This document shows, piece after piece, positions 57,836 to 64,000 of a stretch of 64,000 nucleotides of DNA (positions within the stretch are counted from its first letter, which is position 1; the number at the start of each line of letters is the position of its first letter). The DNA lies in assembly GCA_965222235.1 (NCBI GenBank), contig OZ244939.1:248585-312584 (forward strand). Reading direction: 5' to 3'. The DNA is from Minisyncoccota bacterium. GTDB taxonomy: Bacteria; Patescibacteriota; Minisyncoccia; Phycocordibacterales; JABAAK01. Made by a program: the position numbers and the translations under genes. The notes beneath the pieces were generated by a model. That model saw only the letters and a program-made list of their open reading frames with translations. It did no database searches and had not been told where the DNA came from.

Positions 57836-58177
57836 CTACGACAGCATCTGCGCTTCAATGGAGACACCGGCGGGCAGCGAAAGACTGCCGAGTGCCTCAA
57901 TCACCTGCGGTGTCGGATGCTCAATGTCCAGCAGGCGGGTGTGCGTGCGCATCTCAAACTGCTCCTGCGATGTCTTGAAGACGAAGGGTGCCCGATTCAC
58001 CGAATATTTCTTCACCTTCGTCGGCAGCGGTATCGGACCGACCACTGTCGCCTCAAGACGGTTCGCCGTCTCCACAATCTGCTTTACCGAAGAATCCAGC
58101 ACGCGGGACTCGTACGCCTGCACGCGGATGCGGATCTTCTGAACATTGGATTTCTTTGTTGCTTTTGCCTGGGCCAT
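57836..58177 (-). CDS. rpsJ: 30S ribosomal protein S10
   Basis: IRIRVQAYESRVLD.. canonical S10. Confidence 0.9.
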   Translation of the reverse strand: MAQAKATKKSNVQKIRIRVQAYESRVLDSSVKQIVETANRLEATVVGPIPLPTKVKKYSVNRAPFVFKTSQEQFEMRTHTRLLDIEHPTPQVIEALGSLSLPAGVSIEAQMLS

Positions 58178-58202
58178 AGCTGCTGGATATATGGTGAAAT
58201 AT

Positions 58203-59393
58203 CTACGCGACTATCTTCGTCACCACGCCCGCACCGACAGTCCTGCCGCCCTCGCGAATGGCGAAACGCTGCTGCTCTTCAAGTGCGATAGGGTTGATGA
58301 GTGAGATGGACGCTTTGATGGTGTCCCCCGGCATTGCCATCTCCGTTCCCTGTGCGAGCTTCAGCTCACCGGTCACATCTGTCGTACGGATGTAGAACTG
58401 CGGTTTGTAGCCGTTCAGAATCGGGGTGTGACGACCGCCTTCATCCTTGGAGAGAATGTAAATCTCCGCCTCAAACTCCTTGTGCGGTGTCACGGTTCCC
58501 GGCTTCGCAAGCACCTGCCCGCGGGTCACATCCTCTTTCTTCACGCCCCGGATGAGGATACCGGCATTGTCGCCGGCACGACCTTCATCCAGCTGCTTGT
58601 TGAACATTTCAACACCGGTAACGGTCGTCTTGCTCGTGTCCCTGATGCCGACAATCGCTATCTCCTCGCCGACCTTCACTATGCCGCGCTCAACCTTGCC
58701 GGTCACCACGGTTCCGCGTCCCTCAATGGAGAACACATCCTCAATCGGCATGAGAAACGGCTTGTCGGTGTCGCGCACCGGCTCGGGGAAATACTCGTCC
58801 ATCGCGTTGACCAGATCAAGTATTTTCTGTCCCCACTCGCCGCCCGGATCCTCCAGCGCCTTCAGACCGGAGCCGCGGATGACGGGAGCGTTGTCGCCGT
58901 CAAACTCATATTTGGTGAGGAGTTCCCGCATTTCAACCTCAACGAGGTCAACAATCTCAGGATCGTCCACCATATCGCACTTGTTAATGAACACGATCAA
59001 ATTCGGTACACCGACCTGGCGGGCAAGGAGAATATGCTCTTTGGTCTGGGGCATGGCACCGTCCGATGCCGCGACCACAACGATCGCGCCGTCCATCTGC
59101 GCTGCGCCGGTAATCATGTTTTTGATATAGTCGGCGTGACCGGGCGCATCCACATGCGCATAGTGGCGCTTCGGCGTTTCATATTCATTGTGCGAAAGAG
59201 CGATAGTGATGCCCCGCGCCTTTTCCTCGGGTGCGTTGTCAATACCGTCAACGCCCTTCACGCGCGCGCTGTAGCCGTCCGTCTTGTCAAGGACTGTCAG
59301 GATAGCGGCGGTAAGTGTTGTTTTGCCGTGGTCAACATGACCGACGGTTCCCACATTCACATGGGGTTTGCTTCTGTCAAATGTCTCTGCCAT
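58203..59393 (-). CDS. tuf: Elongation factor Tu
   Basis: [31 protein letters not shown]... Start at ATG 59393. Confidence 0.95.
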   Translation of the reverse strand: MAETFDRSKPHVNVGTVGHVDHGKTTLTAAILTVLDKTDGYSARVKGVDGIDNAPEEKARGITIALSHNEYETPKRHYAHVDAPGHADYIKNMITGAAQMDGAIVVVAASDGAMPQTKEHILLARQVGVPNLIVFINKCDMVDDPEIVDLVEVEMRELLTKYEFDGDNAPVIRGSGLKALEDPGGEWGQKILDLVNAMDEYFPEPVRDTDKPFLMPIEDVFSIEGRGTVVTGKVERGIVKVGEEIAIVGIRDTSKTTVTGVEMFNKQLDEGRAGDNAGILIRGVKKEDVTRGQVLAKPGTVTPHKEFEAEIYILSKDEGGRHTPILNGYKPQFYIRTTDVTGELKLAQGTEMAMPGDTIKASISLINPIALEEQQRFAIREGGRTVGAGVVTKIVA

Positions 59394-59455
59394 ATATATA
59401 TTCTGTAAATGAAATAATCTGCATTCAGGGTTTTTTCGCCTTCCGGAAAAGCCGA

Positions 59456-59471
59456 CACACGAATTCGTGTG
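59456..59471. promoter_or_regulatory. Perfect 16-bp palindrome CACACGAATTCGTGTG ~63 bp upstream of tuf (candidate operator)
   Basis: Read directly from the sequence. Its position in the tuf/S10 operon leader suggests a regulatory role, which is inference. Confidence 0.3.
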
Positions 59472-59666
59472 CAAAAAAGAGCCCCATACACTGCCGCCTT
59501 ACACGACAAGATATATAGTACCGTGATATACCTGCATCAGTCAAGGCGGGTATACACGGAAAGCGGGTATGTGACGCATGAGGTGTGGTGGTGGTGTGGT
59601 GCGGCACTGCCGCATCTTCCACGGTCTGCACCGCCGTCCGACCGTACGGTGGTATACTTACCGCAT

Positions 59667-60074
59667 ATGGATATAAACGAGGGGCTGCACGCTGAGACGG
59701 CGGGGAGTGCCGATTTTGAAAAAAACATGCGCGGTATCGCAGAACAGGTACGGACAAAAGAAACGCCGTCTTCGTCGGAAAAAAAACGCGGAGAGCTGGA
59801 GCACATTCGGCGCGAACTGCATGAAACCTACGCAACCGCGGAGCAGGACGGACCCATATCACCCGCGGCGGATCCGGGCGGCGGGTATCTGGACGGGGTT
59901 GACCGGGAATATCGGGAACAGGTTGCGTCCCTGGTCAGCCGCGCGGTCAGCGACGGGATTCCCGCGGCCGTAACGGAGGCGCAGAAGCGGAACGATCCGT
60001 ATCTCATGGACTCCTTTCATGACGCACTCGCCCGCTTTCTTCATCAGAAGATGCAGGAGAATAACTTACTATGA
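59667..60074 (+). CDS. Hypothetical acidic small protein, overlapping the start of the downstream ATPase gene
   Basis: Start set at the internal ATG 59667. The stop overlaps the ATG of the 795-aa ORF (ATGA). Confidence 0.4.
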   Translation: MDINEGLHAETAGSADFEKNMRGIAEQVRTKETPSSSEKKRGELEHIRRELHETYATAEQDGPISPAADPGGGYLDGVDREYREQVASLVSRAVSDGIPAAVTEAQKRNDPYLMDSFHDALARFLHQKMQENNLL

Positions 60075-62458
60075 TCCCTGAACTTTTTTCAGACACCAAA
60101 ACACTCCAACTTGTCGCGCTCATCGCCGGAATCATCACTGTTTGGATCGCCGTCATGGTTATTGGCACGGGCATCAGCCGGAGAAAAAAAAGAAAACTGA
60201 TGCAGGACGCGGCCTCGTATGTGCTGCTTGAAGTAACACAGACAGCGCACGCGGAAGGAGGCACTGACGGCATTGAGGAAATACGGCTGTTTGAAGATGT
60301 GCTCGCCTCCGTCGTGCCGGAAGATGCGGCGATAACATTTGAAATCGCGGTGCCGAACGACGGAACCGATATCCGTTTCTATCTCGCCGTGCCGTCCGCA
60401 TATGTTGAAACCGCGCGCAATCAGATTCGCCGCGTCTTCACGCGGTCGGAAGTGAAAGAAGTGCCGGACTACACCATTTTTGAAAAAGGAGGCAGTACAA
60501 CGCTGGCGAGCGTGCGGCTGAAAGAATTCTACGGACTCCCGGTCAAAACATATGCAGAGAGCGGCGCGGACACATTCGCGTCCATCGTCACCGCGTTTGC
60601 CGGAGCGCGGGAGGAGCATGCCGGCATGGCGATGCAACTGGTGCTGCAACGGGCGGCGGCGGGAACGGTCGAAAACATACAACAGGTCATACACGGACTG
60701 AAATCAGGAAAAAAGCTCAGACATCTGAAACCGACGAATGTCGCCGACTCCGTTGCCGGCACACTCGCTTCCCTGTCCGAACAATCCCGCGAAGAACGGG
60801 AAACGGGGCAGGATATACAGCGCATGGAAAAAAAATCACAGGGGCTGCTGTATCAGGCGAATATCAGAATCGGCGTGTGTACCGCAAAAAAAGAGGAGGC
60901 CGCGATGCTTTTCAGCACGCTCAAACAGCGGTTCGCACAGTTCGGACCGTCGGGATACAACCGTTTCATATTCACCGAACAGACGGACAAAAAAACGGTG
61001 CTGGATTTTTCATTCCGGCTGGCGAACGCATCGGAGGCGGCGATACTGAGCGCGGAAGAAATCAGCAGCATATTCCGCCTGTTCAACCGCGGTGTTGAGG
61101 TCACGAACCTGGCACGGGAGAAAACGAAACACATCGCGGCGCCGACCGATCTCGCACGGGAAGGGCTGCTGCTGGGCGATAATATCTTTCACGGCAGAAA
61201 AACGCCGGTATATATACCGGATGAGGACCGGCTGCGGCATATCTACATCATCGGGCAGACGGGTACCGGAAAAACAGCACTCATAAAATCAATGGCGCAT
61301 CAGGACATTCAGAGCGGCAAAGGCGTCTGTATCATTGATCCGCACGGCGATCTGGTGGATGACATGCTCGCCGTGGTGCCGGAACACCGGCTTGACGATG
61401 TCATTATATTTGATCCGAGCGACACCGAACGGACACTCGCGCTCAACATGCTGGAGTATGACCGGAACCGGCCGGAAGAAAAAACCTTTATCATTGACGA
61501 GATACTGTCCATCTTTCATAAACTTTTCAGCGCGACGCCGGAAGGGCTCGGTCCGGTGTTTGAACAGTACATGCGCAATTCCCTGCTGTTGCTCATGGAA
61601 GGTAAACGGGGCGAGCCGGCGACACTGCTTGATGTGCCGCGGGTGCTCACCGACGAACAGTTCCGCGCGTCACTGCTCAGCAACTGCGGGATTGAACCGG
61701 TAACAAGGTTCTGGAAAGAGGAAGCACAGAATGTGGAGGGTGAGGCCTCACTGAACAACATCGCGCCGTACATCACCTCAAAATTCACCGGTTTCATTTC
61801 AAATGACTATGTGCGTCCCATTATAAGCCAACCGCGATCGTCATTCTCGTTCAGACAGGTGATGGACGAAGGCAGACTGCTGTTTATCAAACTGCCGCAG
61901 GGGAAAATCGGCGAGATTAACACAGGGTTGCTGGGTATGATCACCGCCGGTAAAATCGCGCTCGCCGCATTCTCGCGTGACAACATCCCGCCGGAGGAAC
62001 GGAAAGATTTCTATCTCTACATTGACGAGTTTCAGAACTTCACTACGGACAGTATCGGCAAAATATTTTCCGAGGCGAGAAAGTACCGTCTCGGTCTGAC
62101 GGTTGCCAACCAGGTCATGGCGCAGCTCACCGACACCGTCCGCGGCTCCGTGCTCGGCAATGTCGGCACCACCGTTTCATTCCGCGTCGGTATTGAGGAT
62201 GCGGAGATACTTGCAAAGAAATTCGCACCGGCATTTTCAGCGCCCGAACTGGCAAAGATAGAGAATCTGCACTGCGTGATAGCGATGCTCTCTCACAGCG
62301 CGCCGCTTGAGCCGTTCACCATGCAGATACGGTTCGCACCGGACGGATCAGGAGCGGTCAGGGATAAGATTATGCGGTACGCTTCGGTGAAATACGGAAA
62401 AGAGAGCCGGGTTGATAGCGAAACATCACAACCGGTCATGCCTGAGTTTCTGCAGTAG
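60071..62458 (+). CDS. Membrane-anchored P-loop NTPase of the VirB4/VirD4/HerA-FtsK (TraG-TraD-like) type
   Basis: N-terminal TM helix, Walker A IIGQTGTGKTALIKSM, then IIDPHGDL, Walker B LYIDEFQNF. The family-level call is by motif spacing only. Confidence 0.5.
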   Translation: MIPELFSDTKTLQLVALIAGIITVWIAVMVIGTGISRRKKRKLMQDAASYVLLEVTQTAHAEGGTDGIEEIRLFEDVLASVVPEDAAITFEIAVPNDGTDIRFYLAVPSAYVETARNQIRRVFTRSEVKEVPDYTIFEKGGSTTLASVRLKEFYGLPVKTYAESGADTFASIVTAFAGAREEHAGMAMQLVLQRAAAGTVENIQQVIHGLKSGKKLRHLKPTNVADSVAGTLASLSEQSREERETGQDIQRMEKKSQGLLYQANIRIGVCTAKKEEAAMLFSTLKQRFAQFGPSGYNRFIFTEQTDKKTVLDFSFRLANASEAAILSAEEISSIFRLFNRGVEVTNLAREKTKHIAAPTDLAREGLLLGDNIFHGRKTPVYIPDEDRLRHIYIIGQTGTGKTALIKSMAHQDIQSGKGVCIIDPHGDLVDDMLAVVPEHRLDDVIIFDPSDTERTLALNMLEYDRNRPEEKTFIIDEILSIFHKLFSATPEGLGPVFEQYMRNSLLLLMEGKRGEPATLLDVPRVLTDEQFRASLLSNCGIEPVTRFWKEEAQNVEGEASLNNIAPYITSKFTGFISNDYVRPIISQPRSSFSFRQVMDEGRLLFIKLPQGKIGEINTGLLGMITAGKIALAAFSRDNIPPEERKDFYLYIDEFQNFTTDSIGKIFSEARKYRLGLTVANQVMAQLTDTVRGSVLGNVGTTVSFRVGIEDAEILAKKFAPAFSAPELAKIENLHCVIAMLSHSAPLEPFTMQIRFAPDGSGAVRDKIMRYASVKYGKESRVDSETSQPVMPEFLQ

Positions 62459-62460
62459 TG

Positions 62461-63447
62461 TTAGGTGACATCACGGTCAAGCAGCGCCTGCACGGCATTA
62501 AGATCTATCGTCTCTCCCGGCTGCAGGATTCCCGCCCTGCCGCTTGCAATGCCGATACTCCTAATCGCCTCCTCATCCTCCGTGACGGAATGGATGAAAT
62601 CTTCAATGACCCCCTCAGGAACGCCGTGCTTCTCCAGAATCCCCCACAGCGTATCGTTCGGCTGCACGACATAGGTGCCGGATAGTTTTTCCCCGCCGGA
62701 CAGCGGCACGCGCTCTTCAGCCGGCGACCGGTTTTCCGGAACATTCGCTGACCGCAGTTGCCGTATTGCTGCGCACAGGTACTGCCTGATACGTCCCCGC
62801 GCTGCCTGATTAACATCGCCGCTTTTTCCGGAACCGTACATCGGCGGATACATCTCCAACACATTCTCGCTGATGTCTTCGGCAAGCTCGTCCGCGGAAA
62901 CAGATTCCGCCAGGCGCGGTACAACCATGGACTGAACAATCTCCTTCAGCATCTCAGGACTATATATCTTATTCCTCCCGAGCACCGCCTCCGCGTCGGC
63001 GAGCTCCTTCGCGATGGAACGCTCTTCATCCGACTGGTGCTGAAACGGCACGTCCTCTGAATGACGAAACGGGAACACGCGCGCCGGAGACTCCTGTAAT
63101 TTCTCCGTATTCGGCGACCCGATCTTTTCCATGACATCCTTATAAAATGTACGCAGCTGCCGGATATTCGCCTCGATTTCCTCAAGAATCCGTTTCTTTG
63201 ATTCTACAGAAAGTGCGGCATCCATGTCCGATATACTTTGATATTCATGCTGCATCTTTTGCAGCAACATGCTGCCCGCCTCGGCAAACGCTGCGGTTGA
63301 CTCCGGATTGTTGGGCTGTTTTTCCAGACGTTCAAATGCGTCAAGAAACGCGCCGTGGGAGGTCTTCGGCAGCCTATCACCGGGAAACTGCAGCACGTTC
63401 CCCCGCTCATGCGTGTTCCTGTTCTTTTCCTTGTCGTCATCATCCAT
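62461..63447 (-). CDS. LysM-domain protein
   Basis: C-terminal YVVQPNDTLWGILEKHGV matches the LysM consensus. The start is uncertain (internal Met used). Confidence 0.5.
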   Translation of the reverse strand: MDDDDKEKNRNTHERGNVLQFPGDRLPKTSHGAFLDAFERLEKQPNNPESTAAFAEAGSMLLQKMQHEYQSISDMDAALSVESKKRILEEIEANIRQLRTFYKDVMEKIGSPNTEKLQESPARVFPFRHSEDVPFQHQSDEERSIAKELADAEAVLGRNKIYSPEMLKEIVQSMVVPRLAESVSADELAEDISENVLEMYPPMYGSGKSGDVNQAARGRIRQYLCAAIRQLRSANVPENRSPAEERVPLSGGEKLSGTYVVQPNDTLWGILEKHGVPEGVIEDFIHSVTEDEEAIRSIGIASGRAGILQPGETIDLNAVQALLDRDVT

Positions 63448-63498
63448 ATATACATACTGTATACCGATATTGAACAGATGACCGGTACATATACACAA

Positions 63499-64000
63499 TT
63501 ACGCAGGCGGCGCAAGGGATGAAAGAGTTTTAATATACCGGCTCACATATGAATCTGCCGAGGCGCGACGGTACTGCATGATGAAACGGGGGTGCTCAAG
63601 CGGCACGACCGTTTCAAACCATCCGTGCACATCGTTCATCTTCGCGACGGCGGCATAGTTTTTCCCCTTGCCGAGCACGACGGCGACCGGTGCGGCGCCG
63701 AAGCCGTGCTGCACGGCGAATGTTTTCTGAATGTACGGTAAGAGCATGTTCATCCCCGCCGTGTCATCGTAGTAGTTGTAGTTCACTCCGTCTTTCACGA
63801 AACCGAGCGGGCAGATACTGGTGAGAAAGAAACGGCGATAGAACTCCGTAGGCCCGCCGAAACCGTCCACCACCTGAGATATAAATCCGGCGCTCAGCTC
63901 CCGTGTTTCCGGAACATCGTTCGGCACATTCCATGCCCGCAGCGCGTCAGTGTCGGCAAATGCGATGCCGGTTACTCCCGCGCCGAGCCGTCCCGGGTTA
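63499..64000 (-). CDS. Uracil-DNA-glycosylase-superfamily-like protein, partial (N-terminus beyond window end)
   Basis: The ORF continues off the window; the track start is a GTG. ...VVLGKGKNYAAV...VPLEHPRF resembles the UDG-fold LGxxA...HPS region. Weak. Confidence 0.3.
   Translation of the reverse strand, partial: NPGRLGAGVTGIAFADTDALRAWNVPNDVPETRELSAGFISQVVDGFGGPTEFYRRFFLTSICPLGFVKDGVNYNYYDDTAGMNMLLPYIQKTFAVQHGFGAAPVAVVLGKGKNYAAVAKMNDVHGWFETVVPLEHPRFIMQYRRASADSYVSRYIKTLSSLAPPA

Noticed and set aside
51620-59474. Numerous 60-330-aa antisense and out-of-frame ORFs listed across the ribosomal protein/tuf block (e.g. 58428..59408 +, 53001..53672 +, 52023..52943 +)
   Set aside because: They are Arg/Ser/Pro-rich frames lying opposite or offset to unmistakable ribosomal-protein and EF-Tu genes, which is typical GC-rich shadow ORF behaviour.

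Overview
This 64-kb window is a densely packed bacterial chromosomal segment, mostly about 53-57% GC with two AT-richer patches. Genes overlap by 1-4 nt and several unusual domain fusions occur, which fits a small-genome, possibly Patescibacteria/CPR-like, organism; that placement is inference only. The genetic code is standard.

Core housekeeping content:
- Partial uvrA, thrS, rnhA, dprA, rnc and a NusB-Nudix fusion.
- A thioredoxin/CcdA pair, a pentose-phosphate and glycolysis block (split transketolase, rpe, rpiB, gap), and gatB.
- ruvX, pyrG and recG.
- A complete tuf-S10 ribosomal operon (S10, L3, L4, L23, L2, S19, L22, S3, L16, L29, S17, L14, L24, L5) that ends abruptly against a convergent recG.
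- Seven tRNA genes: Pro-GGG, Ser-GCT, Glu-TTC, Leu-CAG, Leu-GAG, Met/Ile2-CAT and Ser-GGA.

Accessory content:
- Two 100% identical 1144-bp IS30-family insertion sequences in direct orientation, about 22 kb apart. Each sits about 50 bp upstream of a gat gene, splitting gatB from gatCA.
- An approximately 11.7-kb lower-GC island (about 22.9-34.65 kb) containing:
  - an RPH-like PEP-utilizing phosphotransferase;
  - a PaaK/CapK-family adenylating enzyme;
  - a 548-aa polytopic membrane protein;
  - two paralogous small secreted/membrane-anchored peptide genes sharing a conserved acidic, Cys-containing C-terminus and a conserved 3' UTR.
  This looks like an undescribed peptide-centred system and is the top candidate.
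- A eukaryote-PAICS-like PurC-PurE fusion.
- An AT-rich type II restriction-modification pair next to tRNA-Met.
- A Panacea-domain (PanA-like) antitoxin with an overlapping small putative toxin.
- A 48-bp inverted-repeat pair flanking a DUF805 gene.
- An approximately 500-bp ORF-free stretch ending in a strong intrinsic terminator, which is a candidate ncRNA.

All calls rest on reading the translated ORFs and the DNA by eye. No database searches were run.
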